A stretch of 64,000 bases of DNA from Polyangiales bacterium (lineage in GTDB: Bacteria; Myxococcota_A; Polyangia; Polyangiales; Polyangiaceae). The DNA lies in NCBI GenBank assembly GCA_038230375.1, contig JBBRNJ010000009.1, forward strand, positions 87,941 to 151,940, read 5' to 3'. Numbering within the stretch: the stretch's first letter is position 1; the number at the start of each line of letters is the position of its first letter. Position numbers and translations under genes: made by a program. The notes beneath the pieces were generated by a model. That model was given only the letters and a program-made list of their open reading frames with translations, was not told the DNA's origin and did not search any database. This document shows positions 10,046 through 20,127 of the stretch, piece by piece.

Positions 10046-10492
10046 CTAAGGACCCTGACGGATCTCAGCCAGGAGATTGAAGCGGCCCGCAGGCGCCGCG
10101 CCGCCCTCGCCGGCTACAAAAAGAGATTTCCCGTGGAGCGCCTTCAGAACGCAGACCACGGGAGCTTCACTCGGGAACTTGTCGACGACAGCGTTCCCAT
10201 CCACAACTGCAAACTGAATACGAAAGCCCTGACCCTTCTTCAGAAAGGCCACGGCCTCCGGACACGCTTTGAGCGCGCCGTGAAATCCAGACGCGATCGT
10301 GTTGACCGACGACGTGACACTCGGGCCACCACTGGTGGCGATTGCGACTTGTACGTTCGTTCCGTCGACCGATAACTGAACCCCCGTCGGTTCCCCGAAG
10401 GTGGCAGCAGCTTCGCGCTTGCACGCGAGGAGCGGTAGAAGCAGAGCGAACGTGGTCGCGAATCGAACGAGCGTCACGCCGCCGTTAGACAC
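10046..10492 (-). CDS. Hypothetical lipoprotein
   Basis: Lipobox LLAC, Cys pair, tightly coupled to neighbours. Confidence 0.55.
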   Translation of the reverse strand: MSNGGVTLVRFATTFALLLPLLACKREAAATFGEPTGVQLSVDGTNVQVAIATSGGPSVTSSVNTIASGFHGALKACPEAVAFLKKGQGFRIQFAVVDGNAVVDKFPSEAPVVCVLKALHGKSLFVAGEGGAAPAGRFNLLAEIRQGP

Positions 10493-10504
10493 GACGTGAA
10501 TGGC

Positions 10505-10711
10505 TCAGGGCGACTCGGCCGACTGGCAGCTCGAAACGCCGCTGTCTGCGACCTTGCAAACGAAGACCTGACGGAGCGCGCCGTACAGGAACATATCGTT
10601 GCGGGTGACGACAACCTTGTCGGTGCCGACGCCAGTGAGACCACCGTACGCGCAGCCCGTGGCCGCAACGAGGGCGGGGACCGCAACCAAGGCAAAAAGG
10701 ACCTTCTTCAT
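10505..10711 (-). CDS. 68-aa Cys-containing lipoprotein (paralog 2)
   Basis: MKKVLFALVAVPALVAATGC lipobox with GGAG RBS upstream; near-identical to 10755..10961. Confidence 0.75.
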   Translation of the reverse strand: MKKVLFALVAVPALVAATGCAYGGLTGVGTDKVVVTRNDMFLYGALRQVFVCKVADSGVSSCQSAESP

Positions 10712-10754
10712 GGGATCAATCTCCGTAAAATTTTTGTTGGTATCGTTAAGACGC

Positions 10755-10961
10755 TCAGGGAGCGTCGGCTGAGGCGCAGGACGAAACGCCGCTGTCCGCA
10801 ACCTTGCAAACGAAGACCTTGCGGAGGGCGCCGTAGAGGAAGGAGTCGTTACGGGCGATGACAACCTTGTCACCAACCGTCGCAACACCACCATACGAGC
10901 AGCCGAACAGGGCTCCCGAAACCATCGCCGCCGCGAGAATAAATGCGAATCCGCTCTTCAT
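10755..10961 (-). CDS. 68-aa Cys-containing lipoprotein (paralog 1)
   Basis: MKSGFAFILAAAMVSGALFGC lipobox with GGAGG RBS; shares RND.FLYGALR.VFVCKVADSGVSSC with its neighbour. Confidence 0.75.
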   Translation of the reverse strand: MKSGFAFILAAAMVSGALFGCSYGGVATVGDKVVIARNDSFLYGALRKVFVCKVADSGVSSCASADAP

Positions 10962-11151
10962 GATCCCTCCAAACACATTTCAGGAGTCAAAGTCGGGAAG
11001 ACTCTCGATCACCAAATCATCCCGCATGATCCATACAACGCGGTGAGCGAGCGCCGCCAGCTAACTAAGGATCGGCAAGGGTTGTCAAGGATTCGCTGCA
11101 AGGGGGCCACATTTGGGCGGAACATCGGGCAGCCGGCCCCCCCAACATTTG

Positions 11152-11832
11152 TCAGCGCCCGAAGCCCAAACCGACCGTCAAAAACGTGGAAAAAGCGTCG
11201 TTTCCCGCCGGTAGAAGCCGGTTCTCCGGGTACCCGGAGGCGAAGAAGGCGCGGCCGGGGTCCTGGTAGACGCTCCCCGCGAAACCGAAGCCGACCCGGC
11301 CTCCCAGCTCGGCCACGAGCTCGAACGGGGGGCGCAGGGCGTACGCGACCCCGACGCCGAACGGGACCTCGGCCATGGACCCGCCGGCTTGGGTGACGAG
11401 CACGTCGGTGGGCTGCGCAGGCGACACTTCGTCCGGAGCGAGCGAGAGCGTCGTGTGATAGCTGGGCGTGAACACGAGCTCGTAGCCGAAGCCGACGAAG
11501 AGCCACGCATGCACGTGGGTCGTTCGCCACGGCGAGATCCCGACGACGCGCGCGCCGCCGCCGACCATCTGCCTCGTCGCGGGACCCACGCTGGTCATGT
11601 CGCCCGAGAGATACCCGCCGACACGCAGGAGCGGCAGCAACGCGACGTGCCCATTGAGCTGCGCTGCGGGACCGAAGCCCGCATCCGAGCCGCCGTGAGG
11701 ACGGTTGAAGACGAAGCGCTTCGCGACGCCCACCTGCGCCGACGCATCCCAGCGAACCTGCGCGGCCGCGGGGCGCGGCGCGATCAGGAGCAAGAGCAGC
11801 GCAGACCCCAGCACGGCGAGCGGGCGTTTCAC
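11152..11832 (-). CDS. Putative outer-membrane beta-barrel protein
   Basis: Signal peptide (PAAA-Q), amphipathic beta strands, C-terminal TVGLGFGR. GTG start chosen. Confidence 0.55.
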   Translation of the reverse strand: MKRPLAVLGSALLLLLIAPRPAAAQVRWDASAQVGVAKRFVFNRPHGGSDAGFGPAAQLNGHVALLPLLRVGGYLSGDMTSVGPATRQMVGGGARVVGISPWRTTHVHAWLFVGFGYELVFTPSYHTTLSLAPDEVSPAQPTDVLVTQAGGSMAEVPFGVGVAYALRPPFELVAELGGRVGFGFAGSVYQDPGRAFFASGYPENRLLPAGNDAFSTFLTVGLGFGR

Positions 11833-11979
11833 GGCGAGGGACAGTAGCGGATTTTGAGAGCGCCGCTTGCTTCCTGACGCGGGTTTACGGATCCGCGCCG
11901 CGCCCCATTCCAGAGTTTCCCCGGAGGTCATCCTCCCCTTGGCCTTTCCATCGGGGCGCGTTTCGAGTAGGTACCGCAC

Positions 11980-12305
<326 letters not shown>

Positions 12306-12309
<4 letters not shown>

Positions 12310-13253
12310 GGCGTGCTCTCCTGTCGATCGCAATTGTGCTTGTTTTATCGGGGTGCGGTACGTTCACGCGGCCTGTCGACGTGCTCGATGTGAAGCGCGA
12401 TGCGGCGCATCGGCCCTCCTACGCGGGGCTTCCGATCCGGTCTGGACAGATCATCCTCACGGAGTCCCCGGAGGCGACGAGCTTTGCGTTCGCGTTGATC
12501 CCGGACCGGTTCTACAACTTCACGCACGCGGGGGTCGTCGCGCTCGAGGATGGTGAGGCGTGGGTCTACGAGGCGTCCGGTGAGCTCGCCACGCTGCCTA
12601 CGCACTCGCGCTTGCTCGACAACGTGACGGGCGCGGTGCATCGCCGTCCGCTCTTCGAGTACATCTCGCCAAACCTCTACGCGGAGATCTTCGATCTGCC
12701 TGACGGCGTGGACGGCGAGAAGGTCGCTGCGTTCGCACGCGCGCGCTTCGCAGACAAGACGCCGTTCGATGCGTACTTCCGGTGGGAGGATCACCAGGCG
12801 CTGTTCTGCACCGAGCTGGTGGAGCTCTCGCTTCGCGCAGGGGGCGGCGCGCCTCGTGAGCCCGGCGGCGTGCGGTTCCAGCCGTCGCTCGATCAGGCGC
12901 TCGGATGGCTCGGCGTGCGGCGCGATCAGGCGTTCCCCGCTGGCGTCTACGAGGACCAGGGCCGCTTCGTCGCAGCGCTCGGTCAGTTCCCTTCACGCGT
13001 GAACGCCCATGCTTACTTCGCTGCCAAGCGTGAGCTCTATCGCCGCTTCCACCATCCCGATCAGCGGCTTGGCTTCATCTTCACGATGAAGGGCACGGGC
13101 GAGATCCATCTGCGCGAGGAGATCGCGGACTTCGTCGTGAACGCGAGCCACCTCTTCGACGCGTGGTCGCCAGCGCCAGAGCCGCACGGCCCCGAGATCA
13201 TCGCGGGCGTGCGCGCGTTCGCGGACCGCACGTTCGGACCGGCGCCCGACTGA
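12306..13253 (+). CDS. Permuted papain-like NlpC/P60 amidase (YiiX/YaeF-like) lipoprotein
   Basis: Lipobox LSGC; GQIIL, FTHAGVV (His), FDAYF, LFCTELV (Cys) in the permuted His-before-Cys order. TTG start at 12306 preferred over 11991. Confidence 0.75.
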
Positions 13254-13966
13254 TGGCCGCGCTGGGGAGAGAGCGGCGCGGCTGGCGCGCGGTTCGCAGG
13301 GCAACGACGCTCCTCGCGCTCGGCTCGGCGCTCTTCGCGAACGCTCGGCACGCGCACGCCGACGAGGGCCTCGACGTGCGCAGCGAGCCACCGCCCAAGC
13401 TCGCGCCGGGCAGCGTGAAGCTCTTCTCCACGCAGTCGTCCACGTACGGGCTCACGCTCGCGGGCGGTCCGCTGGTCTATCGAAGCGTGCATGATGCAAC
13501 CTTCAGCAACGGCGTCTTCGAGGCGCGTCTTGGTCGCACCATCACGACGGCGAAGTATCCGTTCTTCCTCGCCGGCTACCGGTACATCGACGTGCGCATG
13601 TTCGACACGAAGAGCTACGCGCTGTCGGTCCTCCACGAGATCGGAGGCGGCGTCGCGCTCGGTCCGCTCGAACCCGAGGTGCGGATCGGCATTCACCTCA
13701 TCGAGTTCGACGTGTTCCGCGGAAGCTACAACGCCAGCCTTTTTTCCCCGCGGGTCGCTGCCGGAGCTGCCCTGAAGCTGGCGAAGTTTCGGGTAGACAT
13801 CCTCGGGTATTCCGAATACCTATGGCGCTGGTTTGGCGCCAGCTACTTGAGCCGCGGCCTCATCGTGGGGCTCACGCTCGATACGCCAAGGCCGAGGCAG
13901 CAGATGTTCACCGACGATGACGCGGGCCTCACACAAGGCTCCGGTTCGGTAGCTCCCAGCAATTGA
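13253..13966 (+). CDS. Hypothetical secreted protein, putative beta-barrel
   Basis: ATG overlaps the upstream TGA; signal peptide (HAHA-DE); aromatic amphipathic strands. Confidence 0.55.
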   Translation: MAALGRERRGWRAVRRATTLLALGSALFANARHAHADEGLDVRSEPPPKLAPGSVKLFSTQSSTYGLTLAGGPLVYRSVHDATFSNGVFEARLGRTITTAKYPFFLAGYRYIDVRMFDTKSYALSVLHEIGGGVALGPLEPEVRIGIHLIEFDVFRGSYNASLFSPRVAAGAALKLAKFRVDILGYSEYLWRWFGASYLSRGLIVGLTLDTPRPRQQMFTDDDAGLTQGSGSVAPSN

Positions 13967-13970
13967 GCTT

Positions 13971-13994
13971 CATATCCCAGTTGCATATCCCAGT
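13971..13994. promoter_or_regulatory. Direct repeat CATATCCCAGT x2 upstream of the TRL-like genes
   Basis: Perfect 11-mers at 13971-13981 and 13984-13994 in a short intergenic gap. Confidence 0.4.
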
Positions 13995-14006
13995 CGGGGT
14001 CACGTC

Positions 14007-14348
14007 ATGATGATGAAGGAAGTGCTCTCGATCGCTCTCGGTGGTTCGCTCCTCGTTCTCACGGGTTGCGGCGGCATCATCGGCGGCTACCCGCACGGGT
14101 CGCTCTACACGGGCACGCAGGTCCCTCACTCCATGTCTCGCGCCGAGGTCACGGGACCTGGCAAGGCGGGCGACCGTGGCGGCGAGGCCTGCGCAACGGG
14201 CATCCTCGGGGTCGTCGCATTCGGGGACGCGAGCCTCAACGGCGCGAAGAAGGCTGCGCAGATCACCGAGATCCATTCGGTGGAGTTCCACGAGACCAAC
14301 ATCCTCGGTCTCTATTCCCAGGGCTGCACCGAGGTGCACGGTCGCTGA
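14007..14348 (+). CDS. TRL-like family lipoprotein 1
   Basis: Lipobox LTGC; G.ACA.GILG.VAFGDAS...A...I..I.SVE....ILG.Y...CT.V.G pattern. Confidence 0.8.
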   Translation: MMMKEVLSIALGGSLLVLTGCGGIIGGYPHGSLYTGTQVPHSMSRAEVTGPGKAGDRGGEACATGILGVVAFGDASLNGAKKAAQITEIHSVEFHETNILGLYSQGCTEVHGR

Positions 14349-14397
14349 AAATGTCTAGAGTTTGGTTTTCGATTTTGAGTTCAACGTTCAAGGAGTG

Positions 14398-14739
14398 ATG
14401 AAAATGATGAAGAAACTTGTTTGCCTTACCGCCTCTGTCGCAGTTTCTGCCGCGGCGATCACGGCGCTGATCGGCTGCGCCCAGCCCAACATGTCCCCGG
14501 TGTCGGGCGGCCTGTACACTGGCGTCCAGGGCCACAGCAACGCGACCTCCAACCCCATCGGCACGAAGCGCGGCGAGTCCTGCGCGATGTCGATCCTCGG
14601 CATCATCGCGATCGGCGATGCTTCGGCGACGACGGCAGCCCAGGCTGGCGGCATCACGAAGATCGGCGTCGTCGACACCGACATGTTCGGCGTCCTCGGC
14701 CTCTACGCGAAGCACTGCACCGTCGTGAAGGGTGAGTGA
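14398..14739 (+). CDS. TRL-like family lipoprotein 2
   Basis: Lipobox LIGC; GESCAMSILGIIAIGDAS...AGGITKI..VD...VLGLY...CTVVKGE. Confidence 0.85.
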   Translation: MKMMKKLVCLTASVAVSAAAITALIGCAQPNMSPVSGGLYTGVQGHSNATSNPIGTKRGESCAMSILGIIAIGDASATTAAQAGGITKIGVVDTDMFGVLGLYAKHCTVVKGE

Positions 14740-14740
14740 G

Positions 14741-15265
14741 ATGCGTAAGCTCGCCACCATGATTGGCGCGCTGGCATCCGTTGGCGCGCTTGTGTTGCTG
14801 ACTGGCTGCGGTGGGTTCGGTGTATTTGGTGGACTATTCGTGAGGAGCAAGGCTCCGGTCAGCGGCTCCTTGTTCACGGCGGTTCAGGCACACGACAACG
14901 CCACCGAGAACCCGATCGGCGCCAAGAACAACAAGATCTGCGCGACCGGCCTCCTCGGACGTTATGCCTTCGGCAGCGCTGCTGTCGTGGGTGCAGCGGG
15001 CGCGGACATCAAAGAGGTCAGCGTGGTCGACTCCGACATCTTCACGCTCCTTAGTCTCTATCAGACCCACTGCACCATCGTACACGACGGTAGTGGCGCG
15101 GCTCCCGCAGCGGCTCCTGGGGCTGCACCGGTCCCCGGCGCGACTCCTGCTGCGCCTGGCGCGGCACCCACTGCTCCCGGCGGCGTCGCTCCTGGCGCTC
15201 CCGTTGCACCCACGACTGCGGCCCCCGGCGGCGCGCCGGCGCCCCCCGCAGGCAAGACGATCTGA
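14741..15265 (+). CDS. TRL-like family lipoprotein 3 with Ala/Pro/Gly tail
   Basis: Lipobox LTGC; ICATGLLGRYAFGSA...VSVVD...LY..HCTIVH followed by APGA repeats. Confidence 0.7.
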   Translation: MRKLATMIGALASVGALVLLTGCGGFGVFGGLFVRSKAPVSGSLFTAVQAHDNATENPIGAKNNKICATGLLGRYAFGSAAVVGAAGADIKEVSVVDSDIFTLLSLYQTHCTIVHDGSGAAPAAAPGAAPVPGATPAAPGAAPTAPGGVAPGAPVAPTTAAPGGAPAPPAGKTI

Positions 15266-15353
15266 TCCCGCCAGGTTGATCGGACGCGCGCCATCCGAGG
15301 CGCGTTGAGTGAAGGCGACTGGGACCTCCCTGTCGCCTTCATTCTGTTGTGCG

Positions 15354-16073
15354 TCAGCGGTGCTCCACGACGACCGGGGCGGGCGGCGATAGCAAGGTCA
15401 CCTGGAGGCCTATCATTTGCGTGTGGAAGTCGTCGAACCCCAGGACACCCCAGTTGTACTCCGTCGCGATGAAGCCGTGCACAGCGATCCCCTCGCCGAT
15501 GCGCGTGCCGAGCGCGAGGCCTGCGCGGGGCGATACCAGTCCGAGCGCGAACTTCGTGTGCGACACGCCGACGTTGATCCACGACATGCCGGTGAACGCG
15601 AAGAGCTCCACGGGACCGAGACGAAAGCCGCCAGTGAGCTCGTAGTACGGGCTCAACGTGAGGCTCTTGTTGTCCCACATCTTCACGTGCAAGCCGTACA
15701 CGCCACCGATGCGAAACCATTTGAGCTGCGGTGTGGAGCCTGCCGCGTAGCCGGCCTCCCAGCCTGTCGTGCTCGTGCCTCCGCCATTGCGCGGCGTGGA
15801 GAAGAGCACGGCGCCCTCGAGTCGCCCTTCGCCGAGCTGGTTCTGCCAGCGCAGCGCGGAGCGGCCCGGCTTGGTCGGGTCATCGCCTGGCTCGTCGGGC
15901 ATCTGCACCGGTGCCTTGGGTTCGAGCGAAGGCGGCACCTCGACCTTGTCGTTCACCTTCGCAGCAGGCGGCGCATCTGCGCGCGCAGTCGTGGCGCCGA
16001 GCGCGATCGAGAGCGTGACGACGAGCGTCGGGGCAACGGGCCTGAGAGCCATAGGGCGAGGCCCGAGTAGCAC
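15354..16073 (-). CDS. Hypothetical secreted protein, putative beta-barrel
   Basis: Signal peptide (TARA-D), amphipathic strands; start uncertain. Confidence 0.5.
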   Translation of the reverse strand: MLLGPRPMALRPVAPTLVVTLSIALGATTARADAPPAAKVNDKVEVPPSLEPKAPVQMPDEPGDDPTKPGRSALRWQNQLGEGRLEGAVLFSTPRNGGGTSTTGWEAGYAAGSTPQLKWFRIGGVYGLHVKMWDNKSLTLSPYYELTGGFRLGPVELFAFTGMSWINVGVSHTKFALGLVSPRAGLALGTRIGEGIAVHGFIATEYNWGVLGFDDFHTQMIGLQVTLLSPPAPVVVEHR

Positions 16074-16075
16074 AA

Positions 16076-16909
16076 TCAGTTCAGCATGGGCCGCTTGTTC
16101 GTGAGCTTTCCCAGCTGGCGCTCCAGCTCCTTCGCGCGGACCGGGGATGGCTCGAGCGAGAGCGCCCGCGAGAAATCGGAGCGCGCCGACTCCACCGCGC
16201 CCAGCCTGAGCGCCAGGGTCGCCCGCTCCGCGAGCGCAGCGGTGGACAGCGGCAGCAGCGACACGACGCGATCGACCGCCAGATGCGCACGGGCCACGTC
16301 ACCACGTGTAAGATACACGCTTTTCAGGTTGGTGAGCATGCGCACCAGCAGGTTCTTGGTGTCGCAGGGTTCCAGGTGCTCCGAGGAGAGCTCCGCCTTC
16401 TGCCCGAGAGCGCGGCGAAGAAGCTCGTCGATACGCGCGCGGCCGATCGGGCGCCCCTCGAACGGGTCGACGATGACCATGTGGTCGGGCGAACGCTGCG
16501 CGTCGTCAATCCGCACGAGGAAATGGCCGGGGAACGACACGCCACGCGCAACGACGCCCGCGCGACGCGCGATCTCGATGAAGACGACGGCGAGCGTGAT
16601 GGGGATGCCGATCCGACGCTCGAGCACGTCTGGCAGCAGGCTGTTCTTCGGGTCGTAGTAGTCCTTTGCGTTGCCGCGAAAGCCGAGTGCGCCATAGACG
16701 TGCGCGCACAAAAGCTCCGCCTGCGTGACAATGTCCAGGCGCCCAAGGTGAGCGTCGACCATGGGCTCGGCGAGGTCCTGGAAGCGCTCCACGAGGCTGC
16801 CAACGTCGAGCTCGGGATAGGCGTCACGGGAAACGAGCGCGGCGCCAAGGGCCACACTTTGCCGCTCCAGGGGCAGATCCATGAGCTCTTCGAGGGTGGA
16901 GGGGCGCAT
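16076..16909 (-). CDS. SirB1/transglutaminase-like domain protein with C-terminal TPR
   Basis: GFRGNAKDYYDPKNSLL..VLERR.GIPITL, FPGHFLV, VDPF and RMLTNLK..Y motifs; this is the real part of the 666-aa track ORF. Confidence 0.85.
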   Translation of the reverse strand: MRPSTLEELMDLPLERQSVALGAALVSRDAYPELDVGSLVERFQDLAEPMVDAHLGRLDIVTQAELLCAHVYGALGFRGNAKDYYDPKNSLLPDVLERRIGIPITLAVVFIEIARRAGVVARGVSFPGHFLVRIDDAQRSPDHMVIVDPFEGRPIGRARIDELLRRALGQKAELSSEHLEPCDTKNLLVRMLTNLKSVYLTRGDVARAHLAVDRVVSLLPLSTAALAERATLALRLGAVESARSDFSRALSLEPSPVRAKELERQLGKLTNKRPMLN

Positions 16910-16963
16910 CTGTGTACAAGACAGCTTGACGCGGGGCCGCGCGAAAGCAAAAAGGGGGACCCC

Positions 16964-18190
16964 ATGTCCACTGAAGACGGCTCCGCCGGCAACACCAAGA
17001 AGCCAGGACTCCGCAAGGATTTCGAGCGCGCACGCGATGTTCACCCGATCGGCATCACGGGGAAGGAGCGGCCGCACGACATCCTCATGACCGCGTTCCC
17101 CGCATATGTGGGTAGGCAGGTGCGGACCGCCTACGAGCTGATGCGCGCGTCGAGCAAGGAGGACACCTGCACGTTCCTCACGTTCTCCGGTGCGATGACG
17201 CCGGCGGGGCTCCACCAGTCGTGCCTCATCCCGCTCATCGAGCGCGGGCTCGTGGACTGCATCACGACGACGGGCGCGAACCTCTATCACGACGCGCACC
17301 GCATCATCGGGCATCGCATCCGCGAGATCGATCCCGTCGCGGGCGATCTCCAGTATCGCCTCGCGCGCATCATCCGCATCTACGACCTGGGCTTCTGGGA
17401 AGAGACGCTGCTCGAGACGGACAAGCTGTTCTCCGCGCTGCTGCTCTTGCCCGAGTTCCAGCGCAAGATGACCACGCCAGAGCTGCACTACTTGCTCGGC
17501 AAGCACATCTACGAGATGGAGAAGGCGCTGGGCGTGCAGAGCCCGTCGCTGCTCTCCACGGCGTACAAGTACGGCGTGCCGATCTTCGTGGGCGCGGTGC
17601 AGGATGGCTCCATCTTCCTGAACATCGTGAAGCTGAAGCGCATGTACGGGGATGACTTCAAGCTCGAGATCGACGTGAACGACGACGTCTTCGAGATGGG
17701 CGCGATGCAGCATCACTGCTTCGGCACCTTGAAGAAGCGAATGGCGATCTGGATCCTCGGCGGTGGCGTGCCGAAGAACTACACGCTGCAGGGCGAACCG
17801 CTGCTCGATCAGATCCTTGGCGTGCCCACGCACGGCTTCGACATCGACGTGCAGATCTGCGTGGACCCGGTGGACAACGGCGCGCTCTCGTCGTGCCCCG
17901 CCGGTGAAGGCCACACCTGGGGCAAGGTCTCCGCGGAGAGCGTGCAGTACGGCTCCATGTACGTGCACTGCGACGTGACGGCGGTCTTCCCTTGGCTCAC
18001 GTACGCGCTGCTGTCGGACGCGCGCGTGCACCGGAAGCACCGGCGCCTCTACGACGCGCGCGACGCGGCCGTGCACACGCTCCAGCGTGAGGTCGGCAAG
18101 CGCAAGAAGAAGCTCGCCACCACCGTGACGTTCCCGATCCCCGGCAAGAAGAAGTCTGGCGCGAAGAAGAAGAAGACGGGGAAGGCATGA
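16964..18190 (+). CDS. Deoxyhypusine synthase-like protein (putative homospermidine synthesis)
   Basis: TFSGAMTPAGL, TTGANLYHD, GGGVPKNY, GALSS and EGHTWGK (catalytic Lys) motifs; Lys-rich tail. Confidence 0.9.
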   Translation: MSTEDGSAGNTKKPGLRKDFERARDVHPIGITGKERPHDILMTAFPAYVGRQVRTAYELMRASSKEDTCTFLTFSGAMTPAGLHQSCLIPLIERGLVDCITTTGANLYHDAHRIIGHRIREIDPVAGDLQYRLARIIRIYDLGFWEETLLETDKLFSALLLLPEFQRKMTTPELHYLLGKHIYEMEKALGVQSPSLLSTAYKYGVPIFVGAVQDGSIFLNIVKLKRMYGDDFKLEIDVNDDVFEMGAMQHHCFGTLKKRMAIWILGGGVPKNYTLQGEPLLDQILGVPTHGFDIDVQICVDPVDNGALSSCPAGEGHTWGKVSAESVQYGSMYVHCDVTAVFPWLTYALLSDARVHRKHRRLYDARDAAVHTLQREVGKRKKKLATTVTFPIPGKKKSGAKKKKTGKA

Positions 18191-19581
18191 GCGCTGGCGC
18201 CGCGGAGGCCGTTCCGCGTCCGTCGGGGGCCGATGAAGATCTGGTCGCGGTCGGCGAGGAGCGACTCCGCGAATACAGCATCGAGACCTGCGCGCGCGTG
18301 ATCCGCGAGCGCAACGCCGAGCTTTGCGCGGTGCTCACCGTGCTGGACGAGCCCGCGCGCATCGACGACGCACCTGCCAACAGCCCGCTCGGTGGCGTGC
18401 CGTACGTGCTCAAGGACGTCTGGGACACGGCGGGCATCCGCACCACGGGAGGCTCGTTCCGCCACAAGTCGCGCATCCCCACGGAGTCGGCGCGCTGCTA
18501 CGACGTGATGTCGCGGTCCGGCGCGGTGCTGCTCGGCAAGTCGAACCTGGGCGACCTCGCGTTCTCCGCGGAGAGCGACAATCACATGATGGGGCCGGTC
18601 AAGAATCCGCTCGACCTCTCACGCACGGCAGGTGGAAGCACGGGCGGTGGCGCGGCTGCGGTGGCCTCCGGCATGGCGGCGTTCGACTGGGGCACGGACT
18701 TCGGCGGCTCGATCCGCTCGCCCGCAGCGTTCTGCGGTCTGGTGGGCCTGCGGCTGTCGAACGACACGTGGCCGGTGGAGCGCGATCACTTCCCGCGCAT
18801 CTCGCCACACTTCTGGCCGTGGTGCGGGCAAGGACCGATCACGCGCACGGTGGCGGAGTGCGCGGCGCTCATCGCGGCGATGCGTGAGCTCTGCACGCGT
18901 CCCAAGAGCTTCGAGGCCACGCCGAACGACGTGGTGCTCTACTCGCCGGACAAGCGGCACGCAGGGGTGTGGCCGGGCTTCACGGCGGACGCGACACGCG
19001 TGCTCGAAGGCGCGGGGCTCAACATCGACTTCTCTCACGGGCTGCCGTCGCCGGTGCGCGTGAACGAGATCTTCGCGGGCTACCTCTGTTCGCACCTCGA
19101 GGACATGGCCGGCTCCGATGAGATGGGAATCGCGGAGGGCCTGCCCATCGTGCTCGCCGGCCTGGGCACGCTAGGGCGGCTGGACAAGCGCATGCATCCG
19201 AACACGGCGTTGCTCTTTGCGCTGCTTGGCGTGGGCCGCGTCACGCTGTACCGGAACAAGAAGCCGTGGGTCACTGCGCTCGAAGGGCTGCGCGACGACA
19301 CGTGGCGCATCTGGAAGAGCGGGCGGCTCATCGTGTCGCCGACCACCACGCTGCTCCCGCCAAAGCACGGACGCGCGGCCTTCGCGTACGGGCTGCAGAC
19401 GTTCCAGAAGCTTGGCAACATGACCGACTCGACCTCGATCGCGATCCCCTTCGGTGTGTTCGAGGCAGCGCCGCATCTGCCGCGTTCGCTGCTCGTCAGC
19501 GGGCCGCCCGGGAGCGAGGATGCCGTGCTCGCGCTCGCCGCGCGTCTGGAGACCCAGATCGCGAAGGTCGCGGCCGCATGA
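18187..19581 (+). CDS. Amidase signature family enzyme
   Basis: GVPYVLKD, GGSTGG, GTDFGGSIRSPAAFCG. Confidence 0.9.
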   Translation: MSAGAAEAVPRPSGADEDLVAVGEERLREYSIETCARVIRERNAELCAVLTVLDEPARIDDAPANSPLGGVPYVLKDVWDTAGIRTTGGSFRHKSRIPTESARCYDVMSRSGAVLLGKSNLGDLAFSAESDNHMMGPVKNPLDLSRTAGGSTGGGAAAVASGMAAFDWGTDFGGSIRSPAAFCGLVGLRLSNDTWPVERDHFPRISPHFWPWCGQGPITRTVAECAALIAAMRELCTRPKSFEATPNDVVLYSPDKRHAGVWPGFTADATRVLEGAGLNIDFSHGLPSPVRVNEIFAGYLCSHLEDMAGSDEMGIAEGLPIVLAGLGTLGRLDKRMHPNTALLFALLGVGRVTLYRNKKPWVTALEGLRDDTWRIWKSGRLIVSPTTTLLPPKHGRAAFAYGLQTFQKLGNMTDSTSIAIPFGVFEAAPHLPRSLLVSGPPGSEDAVLALAARLETQIAKVAAA

Positions 19582-19621
19582 GTTGGCGGGGTGCCGCTCA
19601 GCTCTTGGTCGAGCGTGCCGC

Positions 19622-19972
19622 TCAGCTCTCGTAGTCGAACGTGCCGAGCAGCTCGAAGAGCGCGAACACGGTCGCGGAGCTCGAGAACTCGAACTTGAGC
19701 CCGGCGCGCCCAGCTTCCATGCCAGGTCCCGGCTTCACCCAGGCGACGATCGCGCTGATGAGGAGCGGGTCCCAGAGGTTTGGCGCGACGAACGACACGG
19801 TGATGCGATCACCCGGCGTCAGGGCCTCCGCGATCTCGATGCACGCGCCCCCGAACCCCAGGTTCTGCACCTTTGCGTCGCGCTCCCAGCCCGAGCGGGT
19901 GGAGACCACGTTCGCCTTCATGCGAACCAGGCGCCGCGCGTGCTGCCGGAAGCGGGGCTCTTGGGGATTCAT
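19622..19972 (-). CDS. PilZ domain protein
   Basis: RQHAR (RxxxR) and NLGFGG (D/NxSxxG-like) motifs, GLKF. Confidence 0.8.
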   Translation of the reverse strand: MNPQEPRFRQHARRLVRMKANVVSTRSGWERDAKVQNLGFGGACIEIAEALTPGDRITVSFVAPNLWDPLLISAIVAWVKPGPGMEAGRAGLKFEFSSSATVFALFELLGTFDYES

Positions 19973-20127
19973 CGGGTGGGAGTCTGCGGTCGGGAGGACC
20001 TTTAGATTGGCCCAGGGAACGTGGAAAGTCGACTTGTTGGCAAAGCCAGGGCGCTTTCCGTTACCATGGTCCTCAGGTTGATGAGGCGTCGTTCGTTGTA
20101 CCGCGTCGTGAAGGAAGAAAGTACGAG

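Noticed and set aside
16283..18076. Long mutual overlap of the SirB1-like and DHS-like ORFs
   Set aside because: The real starts (16909 minus, 16964 plus) are divergent and do not overlap; the extensions are shadow frames
19591..19654. GTGCCGCTCAGCTCT repeats as a mini-CRISPR or regulatory array
   Set aside because: Two to three short units with about 10-bp gaps overlapping the PilZ gene 3' end; looks like a local duplication, and no cas genes are present
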